A DNA stretch of 64,000 bases from Desulfobacterales bacterium (GTDB lineage Bacteria > Desulfobacterota > Desulfobacteria > Desulfobacterales > UBA5852): assembly GCA_963674755.2 (NCBI GenBank), contig CAXXVS010000003.1:2336001-2400000 (forward strand), in the 5' to 3' direction. Positions 30,324 to 39,581 of this stretch are shown in pieces. The notes under the pieces were generated by a model. The model did no database searches, was not told the origin of the DNA, and worked only from the letters and a program-made list of their open reading frames with translations. The position numbers were made by a program, and so were the translations under genes. Positions within the stretch are counted from its first letter, which is position 1, and each line of letters starts with the position of its first letter.

Positions 30324-30878
30324 ATGACCGTCGAATACTTTATCGCCCATTTCGGCTATGCCGCGATCTTCGTGGGCACCTTCCTGGAGGGCGAAATCAT
30401 TCTGGTGCTGGCCGGTATGGCCGCCCACCACGGCTACTTGAACCTTCCCCTGGTAATCACGGCCGCTTGTCTGGGAACCTCTTTCGGGGACCTGCTCTAT
30501 TTCTTTTTGGGGCGCTGGCACGGCGATCTGCTCCTGAAGAAAAAAGCCTCCTGGCAGCGGCGGGCCGCGCGGGTCCGCAAGTTGCTTGACCGCTACCAGA
30601 CGCTCCTGATCCTATCCTTCCGGTTTCTCTACGGACTGCGCACCGTAACCCCCTTTGTGCTCGGCATGAGCCGGGTGGCGGCCTGGAAATTTATTCTGGC
30701 CAGTTTTGTCGGCGCCCTGATGTGGGCCGCGGCCGTGGGATACGCCGGATACCTTTTCGGCAATGCGGCCGCACGCCTTCTGGGAGATGTCAAGGATTAC
30801 GAAATCATCGTGTTTGCCGCCCTGGCGGCGGTGGGGGCCGTCATGTGGGCGATCAACGTCTACCGTCGGCGAAAATAG
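30324..30878 (+). CDS. DedA-family membrane protein
   Basis: GTFLEGE, GDLLYFFLGR, RFLYGLRT. Confidence 0.9.
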   Translation: MTVEYFIAHFGYAAIFVGTFLEGEIILVLAGMAAHHGYLNLPLVITAACLGTSFGDLLYFFLGRWHGDLLLKKKASWQRRAARVRKLLDRYQTLLILSFRFLYGLRTVTPFVLGMSRVAAWKFILASFVGALMWAAAVGYAGYLFGNAAARLLGDVKDYEIIVFAALAAVGAVMWAINVYRRRK

Positions 30879-30932
30879 GATTGCCGGTCCGGGAAGGGGC
30901 ACTGGCAATGGTAACGGGGTCTATCCTGTTCG

Positions 30933-31263
30933 TTTTGATCAAAACCCGCCACCTCTGACGAGGGGGGTACGGAGCGGTTCTACCGATCCAGGGTGCCTTT
31001 ACATCAATTGGTTTCTTCATTTTCTTTCACGTGAAAGAAAACGGAAGCAAAAGAAAACGCCCGTGTCCCGCTTGATCCTGCGCGTCGTCACGGCGGCCGG
31101 AGCGCGCGGAAACTCGCTTCGCTCAGACAGTCCGCGCGCTTTAATCCGGCCACCGCGCCGATGCTCGGCGCGGGACAAAGGGAAGTTCAAACCCTAAACT
31201 TCTAAAACCGTTTTCAAGCCCCCTTCGATGGGGCTTCCTGAGGACTCCCGCCATGCGGAAGGA
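30933..31263. repeat. Intergenic repeat family R1
   Basis: Near-identical blocks to 21426-21919 without the nested inserts. Confidence 0.85.
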
Positions 31264-31289
31264 ACTGCACCGGGCGGAAAGGAGGCGCT

Positions 31290-31797
31290 TTGAACGGCGT
31301 TCAGGTGATATTGGGTCTTGTCATTTTGTTATTCGGCCGGAAGCTCTTCTGGCTGTTCGTCGGCATCCTGGGCTTTCTGGCCGGAAGCCAGCTGGCGGCG
31401 ATCTGGTTAGCCGGCTACCCGGCTTGGGCTGTTCTCGCGACAAGTCTTCTGCTGGGGCTGGGCGGCGCTCTGCTGGCGGTTTTTTTTTGAACGGCTGGCC
31501 TTCGCGCTGGCCGGCTTCTATTGCGGGGTTTTCCTGGTGGCGGGCCTCGCCATGGAGACAGGCCTTTTCCCGCAATCGGTCCTCCTGCTTCTGGCCGGAG
31601 GTCTGGTGGGGGCGGTCCTGGCCGCCCTGGTCATGGACTGGGCCCTGGCCGCCCTGTCGGCCCTGGCTGGTGCGGGGGCCGTTGTCATGGCCTTGCCCCT
31701 GACCCCCGTGCTCAAAGCGGTCCTCTGGCTGGGATTGGCTCTGGCGGGCTATTTCTTCCAGATGGGCCGGTGGGGGCACAGCAACCGGCCGGAATAA
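31290..31797 (+). pseudogene. DUF4203-like membrane protein, frameshifted at a T9 run (31480-31488)
   Basis: GRKLFWLFVG N-half ends FF-TGA; removing one T reads AVFFERLAFALAGFYCG into the 31537-31797 ORF. Confidence 0.7.
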
Positions 31798-31847
31798 ATC
31801 ACGGCATGGGGCGACGGCGTCCCGGCCCTTTTTTTCAGGAGAGGCCC

Positions 31848-33122
31848 ATGCGAACCCTGCTCATTTCGGCCAATACCGAAAAGATCAACATGCCCACGCT
31901 TCCCATGGGGCTGGGATGCGTGGCGGCGGCCGTCATGGCCGCCGGGCACGACATGCGCTTTCTTGACCTGATGGCCGTGGACGACTGGCGGTCGCTGCTG
32001 AAGGACACCCTGACCGCCTTCGCACCCGAGGTCATCGGGATTTCCATCCGCAACATCGACGACCAGGACAGCCGCAACCCGAGGTTTCTATTGGAGGAAG
32101 CCTGCGCCGTGGTGGCCTGCTGCAAGGCCGACCAACCTGTGCCGGTTGTCCTGGGCGGTGCCGGATACAGCATCTTCCCGGAGGAGGTGCTGGATTACAC
32201 CGGTGCGGACATGGGCATCCAGGGGGAAGGGGAGGCGGCCTTCGCTGCGCTGCTGTCATGCCTGGCGGCGGGCCACCCTCTGACCGATGTGCCGGGGCTA
32301 TACCTCCGCGGCCAAGGCCTTCAGGCGCCGCGAAGCTTCGTTCCCGAACTGGACCGGATGCCTCTTCCGGATCCCGATCTTTTCGACCGCCGTCTGGCGG
32401 ACAATCCCGCTTACGATCTGCCCGTCCAGACCCGGCGGGGCTGCCCGTTGCGCTGCAGCTACTGTTCGACTTCCTCCATCGAGGGCACCCGAATCCGTAA
32501 ACGCTCAACGGAGAAGGTCGTGGATGCCCTGACCCGTTGGGGGGCGGCCGGCTTCCGGCGGATTTTCTTTGTGGACAACGTCTTCAACCTGCCGCCCGGC
32601 TATGCCCAAGCGCTCTGCGAGCACATCACCACCGCCGGACTCGATTTGAATTGGCGCTGCATTCTCTACCCCGGCCAGGTGAGCGAGGAACTGGTGCGGG
32701 CCATGGCACGGGCCGGGTGCCGCGAGGTCTCCCTGGGGTTTGAAAGTGGATACCAGCCTTTGCTGGATGCCATGCACAAGCGCTTTCGCACCGCCGATAT
32801 TCGCGACGCCAGCCGGCGGTTGGCCGGCCACGGCATCCGCCGCACGGGATTTCTGCTGCTGGGGGGACCCGGGGAAACCCGTGCCTCGGTCGAGACGAGC
32901 CTGGCATTTGCCGATGCATTGGGGCTGGAGACGGGTAAACTCACGGTGGGGGTGCGCATCTACCCCCACACGGAATTGGCCCGCATCGCCGTGCGGGAAG
33001 GCGTCATTGGAGCGGATAACAACTTGCTCCAGCCCCGCTTTTATATCGCCCCGGACCTCGAAGCCTGGCTGCGGGAAACCGTCCGCGCCTGGTTGGCGGA
33101 ACGGCCGCATTGGGTCTTGTAG
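31848..33122 (+). CDS. Cobalamin-binding radical SAM protein
   Basis: PMGLGCVAA, GISIRNID, QTRRGCPLRCSYC, FFVDNVFN; AGGAG RBS before ATG 31848. Confidence 0.88.
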   Translation: MRTLLISANTEKINMPTLPMGLGCVAAAVMAAGHDMRFLDLMAVDDWRSLLKDTLTAFAPEVIGISIRNIDDQDSRNPRFLLEEACAVVACCKADQPVPVVLGGAGYSIFPEEVLDYTGADMGIQGEGEAAFAALLSCLAAGHPLTDVPGLYLRGQGLQAPRSFVPELDRMPLPDPDLFDRRLADNPAYDLPVQTRRGCPLRCSYCSTSSIEGTRIRKRSTEKVVDALTRWGAAGFRRIFFVDNVFNLPPGYAQALCEHITTAGLDLNWRCILYPGQVSEELVRAMARAGCREVSLGFESGYQPLLDAMHKRFRTADIRDASRRLAGHGIRRTGFLLLGGPGETRASVETSLAFADALGLETGKLTVGVRIYPHTELARIAVREGVIGADNNLLQPRFYIAPDLEAWLRETVRAWLAERPHWVL

Positions 33123-33499
33123 TTCTGATCTAAACCATCGACCCCTGGTGGAAGCACTGGATCGATTCTACTGATCCTGGGCACTTTTTAAAAATGTTTT
33201 CTTCATTTTCTTTCACGTGAAAGAAAACGGAAGCAATCACGCCTCGGCGTGACAGGCTTCAAACGCCCGTGTCCTGCTTCATCCTGCGCGTCGTCGCGGC
33301 GGCCGGAGCACGCGGAAACTCGCCCCGCCTACGCTAACGCTACGGCGGGACTCAGACAGTCCGCGCGCTTTAATCCGTCCGCCCCGCCGATGCTCGGCGC
33401 GGAACAATGGGAAATCTGAAAACAAAAGGCCAAAACTTCATTTTTGAAGCCTCCTTTTAGGAGGCTACCTGATGCCTCTCGCTATGCGGGAGGAGACTC
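33123..33499. repeat. Intergenic repeat family R1
   Basis: Same blocks, with an extra hairpin CCCGCCTACGCTAACGCTACGGCGGG inserted before CTCAGAC. Confidence 0.85.
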
Positions 33500-33536
33500 A
33501 CGCGAACCGGTAGGCGGATTGCTGGTAAATACCAAG

Positions 33537-33860
33537 TTATGATTCGGATGAGCTCTCCTCAAGTAAGGTCAGAGCTTCCATAGCCAGTTGTCTCACTTCC
33601 TGCCATTCTTCGGCAGATGACAATGCCTGGGTTTGCCAAAGATGTGATTTATCACCGCCACTCATTGTACTAAGTTTGTTGTCGAGCATTGATAGCACAT
33701 CACCAACTTCTGCTGGCAACTCAGAAGGCAAATTTACTGCATCATCAAACTCCAAACCGAGCTCATCAGCAAGTGGTGCAACTCCAAGATCCTCGATGTA
33801 TTGAATTTGATGTTCTGGATTAGATGCGAGTATCTCTAATATCCGCTTCAATTCATTCAT
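33537..33860 (-). CDS. Hypothetical acidic protein, probable polymorphic-toxin immunity protein
   Basis: AT-richer segment, 107 aa, ATGA overlap with the Rhs remnant. Confidence 0.55.
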   Translation of the reverse strand: MNELKRILEILASNPEHQIQYIEDLGVAPLADELGLEFDDAVNLPSELPAEVGDVLSMLDNKLSTMSGGDKSHLWQTQALSSAEEWQEVRQLAMEALTLLEESSSES

Positions 33861-34111
33861 CTAATAATTCTTGGCTTCGTGTTATGATTATTTACTTGCC
33901 AATATGGGTCCAATCCATGATGCCCACCTCTTGAATGCCATCTGATCACTCTTCCAGTCGGTTGCCTCCCAGCGGCCGAATCATAGTGCCGGTGGTAGTT
34001 GTAATGCAGCCCGGTTTCCTGGTCATCGTACTGGCCCGCAAACCTGAATTTAACAGCTTCAGAACCTATACTGGCATAGTCCGTCAAAAAGGCTGATCGG
34101 CCATTGGCCAT
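33857..34111 (-). pseudogene. Rhs core/toxin-tip remnant
   Basis: RFAGQYDDQETGLHYNYHRHYDSAAGR matches the Rhs-associated core; no DPxG motifs. Confidence 0.75.
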
Positions 34112-34129
34112 AAAGTTAAAGCTTTTCTC

Positions 34130-35122
34130 TTACTCCAGCTTGTGCCGCAGGCGCTCCAGCTCCTCCCGTTTGCCGATCACCACGGCCACATCCCCCCCCA
34201 CCAGCTTCTCCGTCGGCAGGGGGTTGAAGATCATCTTCCCGCTGGCTTTTTTGATGGCCACCATGATGATCCCGAAATCGCGCCGGATGTTGCTTTCCAC
34301 CAGGGTGCGGCCGTCGTATTCCGAATCGGGGCTGATGAGGGCCTCCTCGATGGCCAGGTCCAGGGAGGTGTTCATGAGGGCGGTGTCGATGAAATCGATG
34401 ACCGTGGGGGATTTAAGGACCTGGGCCATGCGGCGTCCCCCGATCTGGTAGGGCGCCACCACCCGGGTGGCCCCGGCCCGCAGGAGTTTTTTTTCGTTGC
34501 CGGTATCCGAGGTGCGGGCGAGGACGAAAATATCCGGGCACAGATCCTTGGCGGTGAGGGTGATGAACACGTTGTGGGCGTCCGAGCGCACGGCTGTCAC
34601 GACCCCCTTGGCCGTCATAATGCCGGCCTTGCGCAGGGCGTCCTCGGTGGTGGCGTCCAGGTTGAGGTAGAGATACCCGTATTTCTCCAGCTCTTCGACT
34701 TTGGCGGTGTCCTGCTCGATGACCACGAAGGGTATGCGGGCCGCGGCCAGTTCTTCACTAACGATCCGTCCGATGCGCCCGAAGCCGCACACGATGTAGT
34801 GATTCCTCAAATCGGATAGCTGTTTGCGCAATTTGCGCCTCCCTAAAAAGAATTGCAGTTCGCCTTCCACGAAGATTCGCACCAGGAGTCCCAGGGTATA
34901 GGTGCCCAGGCTGATGCCCGTCACGATAATGATGATGGTGATGACCCGTCCGGCGGGCGACAGGGGCCGGATTTCGCTGAAGCCCACCGTGCTGATGGTG
35001 ATGATGGTCATGTAGAAGGCGTCGAAGACGGGCATGTGGTCGACGGTGGCATACCCCAGGGTGCCGAAACCGATGATGCCGCAGAACAAGATGAGGGACA
35101 GTTTAAGCTTGGAATAATCCAT
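34130..35122 (-). CDS. Potassium channel with RCK (TrkA-N/TrkA-C) domains
   Basis: TISTVGF pore signature, VCGFGRIG Rossmann motif. Confidence 0.9.
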   Translation of the reverse strand: MDYSKLKLSLILFCGIIGFGTLGYATVDHMPVFDAFYMTIITISTVGFSEIRPLSPAGRVITIIIIVTGISLGTYTLGLLVRIFVEGELQFFLGRRKLRKQLSDLRNHYIVCGFGRIGRIVSEELAAARIPFVVIEQDTAKVEELEKYGYLYLNLDATTEDALRKAGIMTAKGVVTAVRSDAHNVFITLTAKDLCPDIFVLARTSDTGNEKKLLRAGATRVVAPYQIGGRRMAQVLKSPTVIDFIDTALMNTSLDLAIEEALISPDSEYDGRTLVESNIRRDFGIIMVAIKKASGKMIFNPLPTEKLVGGDVAVVIGKREELERLRHKLE

Positions 35123-35202
35123 AGGCGATGCCGCCAGTCGCGTTCGATGGGAGGTTCAGTCGGCGGGCCAACATATCGTCCAGGTTACCGTCGGCCGGTT
35201 TT

Positions 35203-35685
35203 TCATACCGATTCAGCTTTGTGCAGACGCACGCTAAGGATCGGGACCGGGCAGAGGCGGAACATCTTTTCCGCTGTGGCGCCGAGCAGGGCGCTGGCCA
35301 AGTTGGTGCGGCCCCGGGTACCCATGATGACCAGGTCCGCCTGTTCCATTTCGACGATATTGATCAGTTCCTGGAACGGCACGCCGGTTCCGATGACCGT
35401 TTTGAGAAACAGCTCCGGGCGTCCACTCTTGTGGATAAGCGCTTTCAGCTGGGTTTCGCGTTCGCCTTTGTGTTCTTGAATGAAGGTTGCAGGCGATGCC
35501 TCCTTCTGAATCAGGAAGGAGCGGTGTACGGCATGTTCGATGGCATCCACATCCCGCTGATTGATGACGTTCGTCAGGATCAGTTTGGCTCCGCTGCATT
35601 CCGCCATGGCGATGGCGTATTTCATGACCTGTTGGGTGTATTGGGACAGGTCGCAGGCCACCAGAATTTTATGGAAAGGTTTCAT
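35203..35685 (-). CDS. Universal stress protein
   Basis: KILVACDLS, ADLVIMGTRGR, LLGATAEKMFR. Confidence 0.9.
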   Translation of the reverse strand: MKPFHKILVACDLSQYTQQVMKYAIAMAECSGAKLILTNVINQRDVDAIEHAVHRSFLIQKEASPATFIQEHKGERETQLKALIHKSGRPELFLKTVIGTGVPFQELINIVEMEQADLVIMGTRGRTNLASALLGATAEKMFRLCPVPILSVRLHKAESV

Positions 35686-35973
35686 GGGCGGCTCCCGGAT
35701 GTTAATGTGCCAAGGATGAGATGCCCCTCCATTTAATGGACTTTAGAATAATTTGGCAAGCCTCAAATACAGGCGAGCCAATTGGGATGGGGTGGGGAGG
35801 TGGTTCCTCCCTGCCGCCGGAACTGGGAACTCCAGGGTCCTGTCCTCTGAGAAAGCGGAACACGGATGTCCTTTTAAACGGCCTGGCTTTCAATAAAGCG
35901 GCCGGCTTCGCCCCAAGTATGGGCTGGCCCGCTTCGTGCAGCCTTGATTCGGAGATCCAACGCACGCCCACCG

Positions 35974-36342
35974 ATGTCACCATGCAAAGGACAGGTTTCC
36001 CCATTGAGATTAAATCCATGCTCGGCCTGCGGCGCCTGCTGTGCCTTCTTCAAGGTTTCATTTCTCTCATGCGAGGTGGACGACCACGAAGGCGGCATTG
36101 TTCCGGTCGTTTTTACGGAAGGCATCAATCGGACCCACAGCGCAATGAAAGGCACCAGGGGGTTTTTCAAGCGCTGTGCGGCCCTGAAAGGGGTGATCGG
36201 GCAGCATGTGAGCTGCGCCATTTACCCGGAGCGCCCATCGACCTGTCGCGCGTTTCGCGCAACCTGGGAAAACGCCTGCCGCAACGCCACCTGCGACCGG
36301 GCCCGGTCGAGCTACGGGCTGCAGCCGTTCGATGAGTATTAA
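35974..36342 (+). CDS. YkgJ-family cysteine-cluster protein
   Basis: NPCSACGACCAFFKVSF, CAIYPERPSTCR, CDRAR; start uncertain. Confidence 0.8.
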   Translation: MSPCKGQVSPLRLNPCSACGACCAFFKVSFLSCEVDDHEGGIVPVVFTEGINRTHSAMKGTRGFFKRCAALKGVIGQHVSCAIYPERPSTCRAFRATWENACRNATCDRARSSYGLQPFDEY

Positions 36343-36856
36343 TAGAACCTGATTATCCAAAAAAACCGCCCGGCGAGGAAGAATTGCGGCTTTCTCGAAA
36401 CGGCGCCATCGCCTTCCCGGCTCCGGGCTTTTTCCGGTGCACGTGCTACCGCAAGATTCAGCATTACCTCATAGACTGCTGACCCTCAGAGCTTTCCCAC
36501 CCCCGCACGGTTGCCATTCTGAAAAGACTATCGTCGAAAGCCGCCCTGACAAACGCCGGAGGCGTGCTTATGGTCGGTTATTGTTGAGCGAACACCAGAC
36601 GGCCGCCGAATACGGGAATGGCCAGGATGCAAATACAGGCTGAACCCGATGGACGCCAGGAGCCTTTAGCGGCATGTTAAGGCACGCCGCCTTGGTGAAG
36701 CCATTTCTCTCGCCGGCAGCAGCTCCCGCAAAAGGGGGCTTCCGTATGCCGTGGCATGTAACGTGACATGTGAGGGGAATAGGCACCCTTTACGGCCGCC
36801 CACCTCAGGGGTAGCTGTGATCCCTCTAAAATTTCAACGACAGGAACCCATACGCG

Positions 36857-39541
36857 ATGGCCGACAAGCGATCCGATTCAAATCACCAGACTGACCTCAA
36901 CGACATCGAAAACCGGGAGTGGCGTGAATCCCTGGATTACGTCTATCGCCACCAGGGCCCCCGGCGGGTCGTCGAATTGCTGCGCCACTTGCAGACCCAC
37001 GCCCAGGAAAAGGGCATCCGCTTCCCCTATACGGCCAACACCCCCTATATCAATACCATCCCGGCCGATCGCCAGCCGGTGTTTCCCGGGCGGCGCGACA
37101 TCGAACGGCGCATCAAGAGCATCATCCGCTGGAACGCCATGGCCATGGTGGTGCGGGCCAACAAGCAAAGCGACGGCATCGGCGGGCACATTTCCACCTA
37201 CGCTTCCTGCGCGACCCTGTTCGAAGTGGGCTTCAACCATTTCTTCCACGCCCGCACCCCGGAGCACCCGGGCGATTCGGTCTATTTTCAGGGGCACGCC
37301 GCCCCGGGCGTTTATGCGCGGGCCTTTCTGGAAGGACGTCTGGACGAGCAGCACCTGAAGAACTTCCGGCGGGAGCGCAAGGCCGGGGGAGGACTGTCCT
37401 CCTACCCGCATCCCTACCTGATGCCGGATTTCTGGCAATTTCCCACGGTTTCCATGGGCCTGGGGCCCATCATGGCCATCTACCAGGCCCGCTTCAACCG
37501 CTATCTCGAAGACCGCGGGCTGGTGGACACCTCCCGGCAGCATGTCTGGGCTTTTTTAGGCGACGGCGAACTGGACGAGCCCGAAGCCCTGGGGGCAATC
37601 ACCCTGGCCGCCCGGGAGAAGCTGGACAATCTGACCTTCGTGATCAATTGCAATCTCCAGCGTCTGGACGGTCCGGTGCGGGGCAACGGCAAGATCATCC
37701 AGGAGCTGGAGGCCGCTTTCCGGGGGGCCGGCTGGCATGTGCTGAAGGTCATCTGGGGCGCGGACTGGGACCCGCTGCTCTCCCGGGACACCAGCGGACG
37801 GCTGGTGCAGCGTATGGACGAGGTCCCCGACGGCCAGTACCAAAAATACACCGTGGCCGGGGGCGACTACATTCGCAAGGACTTCTTCGGCAAATATCCC
37901 GAGCTGGCCGAACTGGTGGCCGGCTATACCGACGAGCAACTGGGTAAATTGCGGCGCGGCGGCCACGATCCCGAAAAAGTCTATGCCGCCTATCAAACCG
38001 CGGTGGAGCACGCGGGCGCCCCCACCGTGATTCTGGCCAAAACCATCAAGGGCTACGGCCTGGGGGAGGCTGGCGAGGGGCGCAACGTCACCCACCAGCA
38101 AAAGAAGCTCAACGAGGAGGAATTGCGCCATTTCCGCAGCCGTTTCGGCATCCCCATCCCGGATGACGAGATCGCCGAGATGCCCTTCTACCGGCCGGCC
38201 GAAAACAGCGAGGAGATGCAGTATCTGCGGGAGCGCCGGCGGGCCCTGGGCGGTCTGCTGCCCTCGCGCAGCGTGTCGGTGCCGGTGCACCGCCCGCCGC
38301 GCAAGGACATGTACATTGAGTTCATGCAGGGCTCCGGCCAGCGGGAAGTGGCCACCACCATGGCCATGGTCCACCTGCTGGGCAAGCTGCTCAAAGACCC
38401 GAACCTGGGCCGCTACATCGTGCCCATCGTGCCGGACGAAGCACGCACTTTCGGCATGGAAGCCCTCTTCCGCACGATCGGCATCTACTCTCACGTGGGG
38501 CAGAACTACGAGCCCGTGGATCGGGAAAGCCTGCTCTACTACAAGGAGGCCAAGGACGGCCAGATCCTGGAGGAGGGCATCACCGAAGCCGGCGCCATGT
38601 CGTCCTTCATCGCCGCCGGCACGGCCTACTCCACCTTCGGCATCAACATGATACCGTTCTTCTTCTTCTACTCCATGTTCGGCTTCCAGCGCGTGGGGGA
38701 CCTCATCTGGGCCTCCGGCGACGCCCAGGCCCGTGGCTTCCTGCTGGGAGCCACGGCCGGGCGAACGACCCTGGCGGGTGAGGGCCTGCAGCACCAGGAC
38801 GGCCACAGCCACGTGCTGGCCCTGGCCAACCCTTCGGTGGAGGCCTACGACCCGGCCTTTGCCTACGAGGTGGCCGTCATCGTCCGGGAGGGCCTGCGAC
38901 GGATGCTGGAAGACGGCGAGAGCGTGGTCTACTACCTGACCCTGATGAACGAGTTCTATACGATGCCGCCCGCCCCCAAGGGCGTCGAGGAGGGCATCCT
39001 TAAAGGGCTTTACAAATTCAAGGCCTCGGAGAACACGCGTGCCCGGATCAAGGCCCATCTGCTGGGCAGCGGAACGATCCTGAACGAGGCCCTGGCCGCC
39101 CAGCGCCTGTTGGAAGAAGATTTCGGGGTGGCCGCCGATGTGTGGAGCGTCACCAGCTACAAGAAGCTTTACCGGGATGCCGAGGACGCCGAGCGCTGGA
39201 ATCTGCGGCACCCGGAGGAGGAACCGCGCCGCTCGCACTTGCAGGCGCAGCTCGACGGCGAACAGGGGATCTTCGTGGCGGCCTCCGATTATCTCAAGGC
39301 CCTGCCGTCCACCATTGCCCGTTGGATGCCGGGCCCCATGTTCATTCTGGGAACGGACGGCTACGGGCGCAGTGAATCCCGGCAGGCCCTGCGGGATTTC
39401 TTCGAGGTGGATGCGCGCCACATCGCCTATACGGCCCTGTGCGGCCTGTTGCGCGCAAAACGCGTCAAGGCGGAGCTGGTGGCCGAGGCCCGCCGTAAGC
39501 TGGCGATCGATCCGGACAAACCCAACCCCATGTTCAACTGA
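36857..39541 (+). CDS. aceE: Pyruvate dehydrogenase E1 (homodimeric AceE type)
   Basis: GGHIST, WQFPTVSMGLGP, GDGELDEPE, NCNLQRLDGPVRGNGK. Confidence 0.95.
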   Translation: MADKRSDSNHQTDLNDIENREWRESLDYVYRHQGPRRVVELLRHLQTHAQEKGIRFPYTANTPYINTIPADRQPVFPGRRDIERRIKSIIRWNAMAMVVRANKQSDGIGGHISTYASCATLFEVGFNHFFHARTPEHPGDSVYFQGHAAPGVYARAFLEGRLDEQHLKNFRRERKAGGGLSSYPHPYLMPDFWQFPTVSMGLGPIMAIYQARFNRYLEDRGLVDTSRQHVWAFLGDGELDEPEALGAITLAAREKLDNLTFVINCNLQRLDGPVRGNGKIIQELEAAFRGAGWHVLKVIWGADWDPLLSRDTSGRLVQRMDEVPDGQYQKYTVAGGDYIRKDFFGKYPELAELVAGYTDEQLGKLRRGGHDPEKVYAAYQTAVEHAGAPTVILAKTIKGYGLGEAGEGRNVTHQQKKLNEEELRHFRSRFGIPIPDDEIAEMPFYRPAENSEEMQYLRERRRALGGLLPSRSVSVPVHRPPRKDMYIEFMQGSGQREVATTMAMVHLLGKLLKDPNLGRYIVPIVPDEARTFGMEALFRTIGIYSHVGQNYEPVDRESLLYYKEAKDGQILEEGITEAGAMSSFIAAGTAYSTFGINMIPFFFFYSMFGFQRVGDLIWASGDAQARGFLLGATAGRTTLAGEGLQHQDGHSHVLALANPSVEAYDPAFAYEVAVIVREGLRRMLEDGESVVYYLTLMNEFYTMPPAPKGVEEGILKGLYKFKASENTRARIKAHLLGSGTILNEALAAQRLLEEDFGVAADVWSVTSYKKLYRDAEDAERWNLRHPEEEPRRSHLQAQLDGEQGIFVAASDYLKALPSTIARWMPGPMFILGTDGYGRSESRQALRDFFEVDARHIAYTALCGLLRAKRVKAELVAEARRKLAIDPDKPNPMFN

Positions 39542-39581
39542 TGGCCTTTAGCGCCATCCCTTTGCGACCCGAGGACAAATC

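Noticed and set aside
34722..36092. ACCACGAAGG near-matches to the leader motif at 34722 and 36083
   Set aside because: 9/10 matches inside coding sequence with no terminator; treated as chance.
36440..36850. Long leader upstream of aceE as a possible riboswitch or sRNA
   Set aside because: Several short hairpins, but no TPP or other aptamer consensus I can recognise.
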